DNA of 64,000 nucleotides from Candidatus Latescibacterota bacterium (GCA_965237525.1 CBDEFO010000008.1:1312001-1376000); one strand, 5' to 3'; positions 52,886 to 62,764 are shown, counted from the first letter of the stretch. Translations and numbers: made by a program. The notes: generated by a model not told the origin, from the sequence alone.

Positions 52886-54925
52886 ATGAGATATATAATT
52901 TCCTATACTGTCCTCACACTGCTGGTCGCTTTGACTACGACTGTCCATGCACAGATTCTATTCGGACCTATCAACCATATAGTCGGGAGGCAACCCTCGT
53001 CACTCTTTAGGACAGATTTGGATGGAGATGGAGATAACGATCTGGCCGTGGCTCTTGGAGGCGCCAATGGTATATCAGTCTTGTTGAATAATGGAGATGG
53101 GACATTTTCAGGCAGGCGCGACTATGGTTCTGGGGATACTCCTTTTTCAATTTACAGTGCGGATTTAGATGGAGATGGGGATAATGACCTAATTGTGACT
53201 AATTTGGATGACGATAATGTCTCAGTGTTGTTCAACAATGGAGACGGCACATTTCCTGACAGGTTGAACTATAGAACTGGGAACGGTCCCAGATCAGTCT
53301 TCAGTGCAGATTTAGATGGAGACGGTGACAATGACCTATCCGTGGCAAACGGCGGCAGCAAGAGTGTATCAGTGTTGCTGAATAAGGGAGATGGAACATT
53401 CGGAACTAAAGTGGACTATGAGACTGGGAGAAGTCCCACATCAGTTTCCGCCGTAGACTTAGATAGAGACGGCGATAGTGACTTAGCTGTAACTAACTGG
53501 CTCGATAATAATATTTCAGTGTTGTTGAATAATGGAGATGGGACATTTTCAGCCAAAGTGGACTACGACGTCGGAAGGCGTCCCCTGTCAGTGTTCAGCA
53601 TAGATTTAGATAGAGATGGAGACGGAGATAATGACCTAACTACGGCTAATGACTTCGGCAATGATGTATCTGTGTTGTTGAATAATGGAGACGGGACATT
53701 TGTAACTAGGGCGCTCTATGACGCCGGGGATGCTCCCAGATCAGTTTTCAGTGCAGATTTAGATGGAGATGGAGATAATGACCTGACTGTGGCTAATTTT
53801 CAGAGCAATAATGTATCAGTACTGTTGAACAATGGAGATGGAACATTTGCACCTAAAGTGGACTATGACGCCGGGGATGGTCCCAGATCAGTTTTCAGTA
53901 CAGATTTAGATGGGGATCGAGATAATGACCTGGCTGTGGTTAGCATGCACAGCGATGATGTGTCAGTGTTGTTAAATAACGGAGATGGTACATTTGCACC
54001 TAAAGTGGACTATGGCGTTGGCGATAGTGCCTTTTCAGTTTTCAGTGCAGATTTGGATGGTGATGGTGGTAATGACCTAGCTGTGGCTAATTTGGACAGC
54101 AATAATGTATCAGTTTTGTTGAATAATGGAGATGGAACATTCGTACCTAAAGTGGACTATAGGACTGGAACAGGTCCAATCTCAGTATTCATTGCGGATT
54201 TAGACGTGGATGGTGATAATGACCTAATTGTAGCTAATCTGGGAGGTAATAGTGTATCAGTGTTAATGAATAACGGAGATGGCACTTTTGTAACCAAGGT
54301 AGACTATAAAACTGCGAACGGTCCCAGATCAGTTTTCAGCGTAGACTTAGATGGAGATGGAGACAATGACCTAACTGTAGCTAATCTGGCCAGTAATAGT
54401 GTATCAGTGTTAATGAATAACGGAGATGGAACATTCGCACCTAAAGTGGACTATGGCGTGGAGGATGGTCCCAGATCAGTTTTCAGTGTAGATTTGGATG
54501 GAGACGGTGACAATGACCTATCCGTGGCTAACGGCGGCAGCAATACTGTGTCAGTGTTGCTGAATAAGGGAGATGGAACATTTGCAGGCAAGGTGAACTA
54601 TGGAACTGAGATTAGTCCCTTTTCACTTTTCAGTATAGATTTAGATGGAGATAGTGATAATGACCTAACAGTAGCTAATGGGAACAGCGATAATGTGTCA
54701 GTGTTGTTGAATCGGTCTGATATCCCTGTTGGTGTCCCTGGACTTGTAGGAGATTTCGACGGGGATAATGAAGTAGGTCTTTCCGATTTTGTACTTTTTC
54801 TAGATGTGTTCGGGGCGACGACCAGTTCACCGGATTGGGATCCCACATTTGATTTGGATACTAACGAAGAGATCGGTCTGTCCGACTTCGTGATCTTTCT
54901 GGATAACTTCGGCAGGACAGGGTAG
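52886..54925 (+). CDS. Exported FG-GAP/VCBS repeat protein (12 repeats of about 49 aa) with C-terminal EF-hand/dockerin-like domain
   Basis: Signal peptide; 12 x DLDGDGDNDL.V.N....VSVLLN.GDGTF; ends LVGDFDGDNEVGLSDF...EIGLSDFVIFLDNFG. Confidence 0.92.
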   Translation: MRYIISYTVLTLLVALTTTVHAQILFGPINHIVGRQPSSLFRTDLDGDGDNDLAVALGGANGISVLLNNGDGTFSGRRDYGSGDTPFSIYSADLDGDGDNDLIVTNLDDDNVSVLFNNGDGTFPDRLNYRTGNGPRSVFSADLDGDGDNDLSVANGGSKSVSVLLNKGDGTFGTKVDYETGRSPTSVSAVDLDRDGDSDLAVTNWLDNNISVLLNNGDGTFSAKVDYDVGRRPLSVFSIDLDRDGDGDNDLTTANDFGNDVSVLLNNGDGTFVTRALYDAGDAPRSVFSADLDGDGDNDLTVANFQSNNVSVLLNNGDGTFAPKVDYDAGDGPRSVFSTDLDGDRDNDLAVVSMHSDDVSVLLNNGDGTFAPKVDYGVGDSAFSVFSADLDGDGGNDLAVANLDSNNVSVLLNNGDGTFVPKVDYRTGTGPISVFIADLDVDGDNDLIVANLGGNSVSVLMNNGDGTFVTKVDYKTANGPRSVFSVDLDGDGDNDLTVANLASNSVSVLMNNGDGTFAPKVDYGVEDGPRSVFSVDLDGDGDNDLSVANGGSNTVSVLLNKGDGTFAGKVNYGTEISPFSLFSIDLDGDSDNDLTVANGNSDNVSVLLNRSDIPVGVPGLVGDFDGDNEVGLSDFVLFLDVFGATTSSPDWDPTFDLDTNEEIGLSDFVIFLDNFGRTG

Positions 54926-55103
54926 CCTTACGGTCAGAGACGAAGAGATTCGTACAGACGAGGAAGCTGATCTTGATGAGGTAGTTCCTGGTATCAGGTG
55001 ACCGATGTTACAGGATTACGCATACAATTAGTCGGAGGTCTGATTCAGCTATGCCCCGCGGAACAGGCGGGACAACAACATTTGCAGTTCATAGACAAGA
55101 AGC

Positions 55104-55250
55104 AGTGTGATGGGTGATGCTACTAGGGTGACTGTGGAAAAAGGGTAGGAAATTCTGGAAGCTGCGATTGAGGGACTCATTGAATTGATGAGAGATTTGA
55201 GAGGGACATAGATTCCACACTACTGGGATCAACGTGAGCCTTACGCGTAG
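55104..55250 (+). pseudogene. Creatininase-family C-terminal remnant
   Basis: SVMGDATRVTVEKG*EILEAAIEGLIELMRDL matches the GD...AT.EKG motif; two internal TAG stops. Confidence 0.55.
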
Positions 55251-55292
55251 GATATTTTTCGATTTCAACTATGGATAGTCAGGAGATAGCAT

Positions 55293-56093
55293 ATGAAAAT
55301 GAAAGACAAAACGGCAATCATAACGGGAGGAGGTAGAGGAATCGGAAGGGCTATAGCCTTAGCCTTTGCCACAGAAGGATCGAATATAGTCCCTGTAGCA
55401 AGGACCGAATCAGAAATAGCGAAAGTGGCAAAGGAGGCGCAGTCATTAGGTGTCGAGGCGCTTCCTTTGAAGGCAGATGTGTCAGCAGAAAGCGACGTTT
55501 ACGCTATGGTCGAAAGGACGATGAACGTCTTCGGCAGGATTGACGTCCTCGTCAACAACGCTGGAGCGATCTACAGGGAGTTCCTCGAGGAGCTGACAGT
55601 TGGTCAGTGGGACGAAACTATGGCCGTGAATTTAAGGGGCACGTTTCTCTGCTCAAAGGCTGTGATAGAGATTATGATGGAGCAAAAGAGCGGACATATA
55701 ATTAACATTTCATCTGTGGCTGGGAAGAGAGGTTTCCCGAAGCGAACGGCGTACTGTGCCTCCAAGTTCGCTGTTGTTGGTTTCACAGAGGCCCTATTTG
55801 AGGAAGTTAAGGAGTTCAACATCAAGGCGAACGTGATCTGTCCGGCGATGGTGGAGACGAAAATGACGAGGGACGGTTTTCCAGATGCGGATTGGTCCAA
55901 GTGGATGGACCCCCAAGACATAGCCCATGCGGCTCTATTTTTGGCTGTGCAGTCCCCCAGGGCGGCGACGCTGGAGGTGGTGGTGGAAAACTCCAAGCCG
56001 GCGTGGGAGACTCCCGATAAGCAAGAGGTCATCCGAACAGGTTTCGAAAAGATGTCCTATTGTGATGATTCTGTAACATGTTCAATTAAATAA
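55293..56093 (+). CDS. Short-chain dehydrogenase/reductase
   Basis: TGGGRGIG, NNAG, NISS and YCASK. Confidence 0.93.
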   Translation: MKMKDKTAIITGGGRGIGRAIALAFATEGSNIVPVARTESEIAKVAKEAQSLGVEALPLKADVSAESDVYAMVERTMNVFGRIDVLVNNAGAIYREFLEELTVGQWDETMAVNLRGTFLCSKAVIEIMMEQKSGHIINISSVAGKRGFPKRTAYCASKFAVVGFTEALFEEVKEFNIKANVICPAMVETKMTRDGFPDADWSKWMDPQDIAHAALFLAVQSPRAATLEVVVENSKPAWETPDKQEVIRTGFEKMSYCDDSVTCSIK

Positions 56094-56106
56094 CCGGAGA
56101 CCCGCT

Positions 56107-57870
56107 ATGTCAATCTCGGAAACGCTGTCTTATCAACCATCAGAAGACACATTGGACTGCTCCCGGATGAACGGCTGGGATATTGTGGTCTCTGACGACG
56201 CGATCCCTTCTGAAAAGTATGCAGCCGAAGAGTTCCAGAAGTGGTTCGGGCGGGCCACTGGGATACAGTTGCCCTTGCGTTCGACCGCCCACGGGGGATC
56301 CGATCACGTCTACATCGGTCCGGATGCAGCCGACACAATGGGAGAGGAGGAACTGCAGATCGTTGTTGAGAACGATCGAGTTATTATTTCTGGCGGGCGT
56401 CCACGCGGCACGCTCTACGGTGTCTATCAGTTCCTGGAAGATTTCTTTCATGTGCGCTTCCTCACGTATGACCACACGCATGTCCCGGATGCATCTGCGC
56501 CGAAGATCCCCTGCGGGACATATACATACAATCCACCATTTTCGTTCCGGTGGAGCGCTTACGGCGAGAATACAGAGCATCCAGAATTCGCGGGTCGACT
56601 GCGAGTAAACACAGTCACAGATGATGAACGATTGGGGGGAAAGACGGAGCAGACGCTCATCAACCACACCTTCCATTGGCTGGTGCCCTTCTCCGAACAC
56701 GGGGCAGATCACCCGGAGTACTACGCACTGGTGGACGGAAAGCGCCATACCGACACGAGCTGGGCCGGCCCCCAACTATGTGTCACGAATGCGGAAGTCT
56801 TGGAAATTGCTGCAGACGCTGCGATTAAACATCTGGATGATCATCCTGAGATCAAAAACGTCAGTGTCAGCCAGGCGGATAGCGATTGGTACTGCCGGTG
56901 CGACCCGTGTGAGGAGATCAACCAACGGGAAGGCACGCCAATGGGCTCACAGCTAACGTTCGTCAACGCCGTAGCCGAGCGTGTAGAAAGAGCACATCCG
57001 GATGCCAAAGTCGGCACGCTTGCTTATTGGTACACCCGCAAGCCGCCTGAGACTATCCGACCGCGACATAACGTCCAGATCCAGCTTTGCAGCATCGAGT
57101 GTTGCACCCTTCACCCGATAGATGATCCAAACTGCGAGAAGAATCGAGCGTTCTGCCGGGATACGGATGAATGGGGGAAGATCTGCAATGACATTTGGGT
57201 CTGGAATTACGACACCAATTTCCGCGCTTACGATCTGCCCTTCCCAAATTTGCGTGCTATCGGTCCGAACGTCCGCTACTTTCTGCGCAACAACGCAAAG
57301 GGCTTGTTCATGCAAGCGGTTCATAATGGCACAGCAGGGGAGCTTTGCGATCTTCGGAATTATCTGATCGGGCACATAATCTGGAATCCCCATCTGGATG
57401 ACCGAGCCATCTTACAGGAATTTGTCAGGCTGCACTACAAAAGCGCAGCTCAACCGATCATAGATTACATCAACATGCTCCATGACAACGCCGAAGAAGT
57501 GAGGGTTCACCCGAACTGCTTCCCATCAGTAGAGGAGGTGGGGCTGAATCCGGAGGTCTCGCAAAGAATCTTCGACTATTTTGAGCAAGCTCTGGCCCTT
57601 GCGGACGATGACGACGTCCGGGCGCGTGTCCAGAAGGCTTCGATCTGCGCTTACAAGGCTATGCTCGTTGCGGGGGGCGAAATGGAAGCAGCAACGCGCG
57701 CCGGACTAGTTGACCGCTATATCATCCTGGGCGAACGCTACCAGATGACCCACGTTGCAGAACAAACGATCGCCTCCGAATACTTCAAACTACAAAGAGC
57801 CCATCTGCCGGACGAGGAATTGCATATAGAGTACGAGGAATGGGTGAAGGAAGCGATAAAGAGAGGTTGA
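56107..57870 (+). CDS. DUF4838 family putative glycoside hydrolase, copy 1
   Basis: YAAEEFQ..., GGRPRGTLYGVY.FLE, HPEYYALVDGKR, QLCVTN, C.C..C and TLAY.YT.KPP. Confidence 0.85.
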   Translation: MSISETLSYQPSEDTLDCSRMNGWDIVVSDDAIPSEKYAAEEFQKWFGRATGIQLPLRSTAHGGSDHVYIGPDAADTMGEEELQIVVENDRVIISGGRPRGTLYGVYQFLEDFFHVRFLTYDHTHVPDASAPKIPCGTYTYNPPFSFRWSAYGENTEHPEFAGRLRVNTVTDDERLGGKTEQTLINHTFHWLVPFSEHGADHPEYYALVDGKRHTDTSWAGPQLCVTNAEVLEIAADAAIKHLDDHPEIKNVSVSQADSDWYCRCDPCEEINQREGTPMGSQLTFVNAVAERVERAHPDAKVGTLAYWYTRKPPETIRPRHNVQIQLCSIECCTLHPIDDPNCEKNRAFCRDTDEWGKICNDIWVWNYDTNFRAYDLPFPNLRAIGPNVRYFLRNNAKGLFMQAVHNGTAGELCDLRNYLIGHIIWNPHLDDRAILQEFVRLHYKSAAQPIIDYINMLHDNAEEVRVHPNCFPSVEEVGLNPEVSQRIFDYFEQALALADDDDVRARVQKASICAYKAMLVAGGEMEAATRAGLVDRYIILGERYQMTHVAEQTIASEYFKLQRAHLPDEELHIEYEEWVKEAIKRG

Positions 57871-57885
57871 AAGGGAGGAATCTAT

Positions 57886-58140
57886 ATGCCGTTTACAGAG
57901 GAACAAGCCCAGTTCCATGACGAGAATAACTATGTAATCGCTGCTTATGTCATCGAGTCCCGGCGTCTGCGGGTACTTCACGGCCGCTATGATGAGTTGA
58001 TCGCCGAAGGTCCCCCAAAAGGTCACAACGAAGGCAGGCCGATCAATCAGTCGAAGTCGGAAGATTTGAAGCGATTGGCTGAAGCATTATGGGCTTATGA
58101 CCATTCCCCGTTTGAGACGTTTCAACTTATGAGTCGTTAA
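57886..58140 (+). pseudogene. Short PhyH-like N-terminal remnant
   Basis: MPFTEEQAQFHDENNYVI resembles the PhyH N-terminus; strong GGAGG RBS; no catalytic motifs. Confidence 0.45.
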
Positions 58141-58170
58141 CCTGTTCAATTGACAGCCGGAGAGCCAAAT

Positions 58171-59867
58171 ATGTCAATTTCGAAAACGCTGTCTTACCGA
58201 CCATCAGAAGGCACATTGGACTGCTCCCAGATGAATGGCTGGGATATAGTCGTCTCTGACGAGGCGATATCTTCCGAAGAATATGCAGCCGAAGAGTTCC
58301 AGAAGTGGTTCGGTCAGGCCACGGGAATAGAACTTCCCTTGAAGTCAACCGCCCGGGGGAGAGCCGATCACGTCTATATAGGTCCAGACGCAGCCGCGAC
58401 GATGGGAGAGGAGGAACTGCTGATCGTAGTTGAGAGCGATCGAGTTTTTATCTCTGGCGGGCGTCCCCGCGGCACGCTCTACGGAGTCTATCAGTTCCTG
58501 GAAGATTTCTTTCATGTGCGCTTCCTCACATATGACCACACTCACGTTCCGGATGCGTCTGACTCCAGAATATCCTGCGGGACATATACATACAGTCCAC
58601 CATTTTCGTTCCGGTGGAGCGCTTACTATGAGAATAGGGAGCACCCGGAATTCGCGGCGCGACTGCGGGTAAATACAGTCACAGACGATGAAAAGTTGGG
58701 GGGCAAGACACAGCAGACGCTCATCAACCACTCCTTCCGCATGCTGGTGCCCTTCGATGAGTACGGTGCAGATCACACGGAGTATTACGCACTGGTGGAC
58801 GGAAAGCGCCATACCGACAAACACGGCGCCGGTCCGCAGTTGTGTGTCACAAACCCGGAAGTCATGCGGATTGCCACTGAAGCGTCGATTAGATATCTGG
58901 ATGAAAATCCTGAGATCAAAAACGTAAGCGTCAGCCAGGCGGATACCGATGCGTACTGCCGGTGTGTGGCCCGTGCGAAAAGATCAATCAACGCGAAGGC
59001 ACGCCTATGGGCTCACAGCTTGCATTTGTCAACGCTGTAGCTGAGCGTGTAGAAAGAGCACATGCGGACGCCAAAGTCGGCACGCTTGCCTATTGGTACA
59101 CCCGCAAGCCGCCTAAAACAATCCGACCGCGACATAACGTCCAGATCCAGCTTTGCAGCATCGAGTGCTGCACCCTCCACCCTATAGATGACCCAAATTG
59201 CGAGAAGAATCGGGAATTCTGCCGGGATATGGATGAATGGGGGAAGATCTGCAACGATATCTGGGTCTGGAACTACAACACCAATTTCAGCATTTACGAT
59301 TTGCCCTTCCCAAATCTGCGCTCCATCGGCCCGAACGTGCGCTACTTTCTGGGCAACAACGCGAAGGGCGTGTTCATGCAGGGTAACCACAACGGCAGGA
59401 CAGGTGAACTTTGCGATATTAGGAATTACCTGATCGGGAAAATGATCTGGAATCCGCACCTAGATGATCGGGCTGTAGTGGAGGAATTTGTCGGACTGCA
59501 CTACAAGGGCGCAGCGGAGCTAATCATGGATTATATCAACATGCTCCATGACAACTCCGAAAAGAAAGGGCTTCACCTGGGCTGCTTCCCATCACCAGAG
59601 GAAGTAGGACTGAATTCGGAGCTCTCACGGAGAGCCTTCGACTACTTTGAGCAGGCTCTGGCTCTTGCTGAAGATGACGACGTCCGGGTGCGTGTCGAGA
59701 AGGCTTCGATCTCCGCTTACAAAGCGATGATCGTTGCAGGAGGGGACATGGAAGCGGGGGAGCGCGCCAGACTGATCGGACACTATATCGCCCTGTGCGA
59801 ACGCTACCAGATGACCCACGTTTCAGAACAAGTGCAGGCCTCCGAATATTTCAAGGAGCTCAGGTGA
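58171..59867 (+). pseudogene. DUF4838 copy 2, frameshifted
   Basis: An extra GT in TGTGTG at about 58963-58968 splits YCRC/GPCE; both halves align with copies 1 and 3. Confidence 0.85.
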
Positions 59868-60044
59868 AATCTGTCTGTCACAGCACCGATCTCTAAATCA
59901 AGAGGACTCGGGTGTTTTGTCGCTGCCGGCGACGTGGGACAAGCATTGATCCAGCGTGACTGCGGCGGCGGCCTCAGCTTTCGAGCTGACCAGAGGGTTG
60001 ACACCGTTGCTGTAATCTTTTCAATTAACAACTGGAGGCCTTAT

Positions 60045-61769
60045 ATGTCAATCTCGAAAACTCTCTCTCATCAACCATCAGAAGGTACATTAGACTGCTC
60101 CCGGATGAACGGCTGGGATATTGTGGTCTCTGACAACGCTATCCCCTCTGAAAAGTATGCATCCGAAGAGTTCCAGAAGTGGTTCGGGAACGCCACGGGA
60201 ATAGAACTTCCATTGCGGTCGACCGCCCAAGAGAAAGCCGATCACGTCTATATAGGTCCGGATGCTGCGGCTTTTGATTCTGCCGCTCCCCGATTGAATC
60301 TATGGGGGATGGGAGAAGAGGAGCTGCAGATCGTCGTGGAAACTGATCACGCCATTATCTCTGGCGGGCGTCCCCGCGGCACGCTCTACGGTGTCTATCA
60401 GTTTCTCGAAGATTTCTTTCATGTGCGCTTCCTCACGTATGACCACACTCACGTTCCAGATGCGTCTGATCCCAGGATACCCTGCGGGACATATACATAC
60501 AATCCACCATTTTCGTTCCGTTGGAGCGCTTACCTGGAGAATATGGAGCACCCGGAATTTGCGGCGCGACTGCGGGTAAACACAGTGACAGACGATGAAA
60601 AGTTGGGGGGCAGGACGCAGCAGACTCTCATCAACCACTCCTTCCACAGGCTGGTGCCCTTCGATGAATACGGCGCAGATCACCCGGAATACTACGCGCT
60701 GGTGGATGGCAAGCGCCATACCGACAAGTACGGCGCCGGTCCGCAGTTGTGTGTCACAAACCCGGAAGTCATCCAGGTTGCTGCAGAAGCTGCGATTAAG
60801 AGCCTAGATGAAATTCCCCAGAGCAAAAACGTAAGTGTAAGCCAGGCGGATACGCGTGCGTACTGCCGGTGCGACTCTTGCGAAGAGGTCAACGAGCGTG
60901 AAGGGGCACCGATGGGATCACAACTTGCGTTCGTCAACGCTGTGGCAGAGCGTGTAGAAAGAGCACATGCGGACGCCAAAGTCGGCACGCTTGCTTACCA
61001 GTACACCCGCAAGCCGCCGGTGACCATGCGACCGCGACATAACGTCCAGATCCAGCTTTGCAGCATCGAATGCTGCACCCTCCACCCTATAGATGATCCT
61101 AAGTGCGAGAAGAATCACGCATTCTGTCAGGATATGGATGAGTGGGGGAAGATCTGCAATGACATCTGGGTCTGGAACTACAACACCAATTTCAGCATTT
61201 ACGATCTTCCGTTCCCAAATTTGCGCGCCATCGGTCCGAACGTCCGCTACTTCCTGCGCAACAACGCAAAGGGCGTGTTCATGCAGGCTAACCACAACGG
61301 AAGGACAGGCGAACTCTGCGATATTAGGAATTATCTGATCGGGCAAATGATCTGGAATCAGCAACTGGATGATCAAGCTATCCTGGAGGAATTTGTCAGG
61401 CTGCACTACAAGAGCGCAGGTCAACCAATTATGGATTACATCAACATGCTCCATGACAACGCCGAAGAACTGGGAGTTCACCCGCGCTTTCCGACACCAG
61501 AGGAGGCAGGTCTGAATCCGGAGGTCTCGCAGAAGGCCTTCGACTACTTTGAGCAAGCTCTAACGCTTGCGGACGATGACGACGTCCGGGCGCGTGTCGA
61601 GAAGGCTTCGATCTCCGCTTACAAGGCGATGATCCTCGCAGGAGGGGAAATGGAAGCGGGGGAGCGCGCCAGACTGATCGAACACTATATCAACTTGTGC
61701 GAACGCTACGAGATGACCCACGTTTCAGAACAGGTGCTGGCCTCCGAATACTTCAAGGAGCTCAGGTGA
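60045..61769 (+). CDS. DUF4838 copy 3, containing an in-frame palindromic element
   Basis: ATG at 60045 is homologous to the other copies; PRLNLWG is encoded by 60288-60308. Confidence 0.85.
   Translation: MSISKTLSHQPSEGTLDCSRMNGWDIVVSDNAIPSEKYASEEFQKWFGNATGIELPLRSTAQEKADHVYIGPDAAAFDSAAPRLNLWGMGEEELQIVVETDHAIISGGRPRGTLYGVYQFLEDFFHVRFLTYDHTHVPDASDPRIPCGTYTYNPPFSFRWSAYLENMEHPEFAARLRVNTVTDDEKLGGRTQQTLINHSFHRLVPFDEYGADHPEYYALVDGKRHTDKYGAGPQLCVTNPEVIQVAAEAAIKSLDEIPQSKNVSVSQADTRAYCRCDSCEEVNEREGAPMGSQLAFVNAVAERVERAHADAKVGTLAYQYTRKPPVTMRPRHNVQIQLCSIECCTLHPIDDPKCEKNHAFCQDMDEWGKICNDIWVWNYNTNFSIYDLPFPNLRAIGPNVRYFLRNNAKGVFMQANHNGRTGELCDIRNYLIGQMIWNQQLDDQAILEEFVRLHYKSAGQPIMDYINMLHDNAEELGVHPRFPTPEEAGLNPEVSQKAFDYFEQALTLADDDDVRARVEKASISAYKAMILAGGEMEAGERARLIEHYINLCERYEMTHVSEQVLASEYFKELR
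60288..60308. repeat. Palindromic element copy inside a CDS
   Basis: CCCCGATTGAATCTATGGGGG, exactly 7 codons. Confidence 0.85.
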
Positions 61770-61855
61770 ATTGGGTCTGTCAGATTCTGAAGTGATCCCC
61801 ACATCTACAGGACTCGTGCCCCCTGTCATGCCTTCTTGGATACGACGCGGGGTAA

Positions 61856-62764
61856 CTATAAATCCCACGCAGACGCAACGGCGCGCGCCTGGCTTGCGAG
61901 TTCCTCCCGGCTTTCGCCCTTTTGCCCGTTGATGACTTCAAACGTCCAGACACCTGCATAAACGACCCGTTGCAGCGCCGACCGGATAGCCTGCCAATCC
62001 AGACCCCCTTGCGTCGGGACCCAGTGATTGTCGCGGGGCTGATCAGCGTCCACATCTTGCAGGTGAGTGCCCCAGAGGTGATCACCCGCAGCCTCGATTT
62101 CCGAGACGGGATCGATGCCCGATGTCCAGGCATGCCCGGTGTCAACCACCAGTCCGACCTGTTCCGGTGGATATGCGTCAACGAAGGGGCGCAGTTGATG
62201 CATTGCAATCAATGGGTAGTCAATCGGCTCATCGCTAGCAATTACGTTGAGTTCGGGAGCTTGGTCCATCACCCAACTGTCAGCCTTGCCTATGGTGTAA
62301 GGCAGGTTTTCAAGCAACATCCGAACCCCCGCCTCGGCGGCCACAGGTATCAGCTCATCCAGAGACCGCTTTACCGCATCTTCCATAGGCAGGAGAAACG
62401 ACGCGATATCCGTATTCGGGAGGAATTTCGGGTTTGGCACCGGATGGATGATGACGCCGGCTGCACCGATCTCGCCCGCAAACAGAAGGTGATCGGCCAG
62501 TACCTTAACCTTTTCCTGCCGCCAGTCCTCAGTGGGTGCGCCGAGCACGTGATATCCGGGCGGCGCGTGCAGCGTAGTGGCGAGCAGTTGTCGGCGTTCG
62601 ATCTGCCGACGCACCTCGGCCGCAACTTGCCCGGACGGAGGCCCAGGCGCATGCGGGACCGCTGCCACTTCAATACAAGGAAATCCTGCCGCTGCAATCC
62701 CGTCCAGCGCTGCCTCCAGATCACGATCATTAAATCCTACCGTGCTATAACTGATTTTCGTCAT
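61856..62764 (-). CDS. Sugar phosphate isomerase/epimerase (xylose-isomerase-like TIM barrel)
   Basis: LEN, DTGH, HLQD, H..P..GG.DW and TFEV metal-binding motifs. Confidence 0.88.
   Translation of the reverse strand: MTKISYSTVGFNDRDLEAALDGIAAAGFPCIEVAAVPHAPGPPSGQVAAEVRRQIERRQLLATTLHAPPGYHVLGAPTEDWRQEKVKVLADHLLFAGEIGAAGVIIHPVPNPKFLPNTDIASFLLPMEDAVKRSLDELIPVAAEAGVRMLLENLPYTIGKADSWVMDQAPELNVIASDEPIDYPLIAMHQLRPFVDAYPPEQVGLVVDTGHAWTSGIDPVSEIEAAGDHLWGTHLQDVDADQPRDNHWVPTQGGLDWQAIRSALQRVVYAGVWTFEVINGQKGESREELASQARAVASAWDL

Noticed and set aside
55054..55072. CCCCGCGGAACAGGCGGGA as another palindromic element
   Set aside because: Single imperfect occurrence that does not match the 21-bp consensus.
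41748..55250. Stop-codon reassignment or pyrrolysine suggested by in-frame TAG/TAA in the ferredoxin, RRM and creatininase remnants
   Set aside because: TAG and TAA terminate intact conserved genes here (e.g. ftsY ends in TAG), and the same broken genes carry other lesions.
56107..61769. Diversity-generating retroelement acting on the DUF4838 or cohesin duplicates
   Set aside because: No reverse transcriptase in the window, and differences span whole genes and are not adenine-specific.
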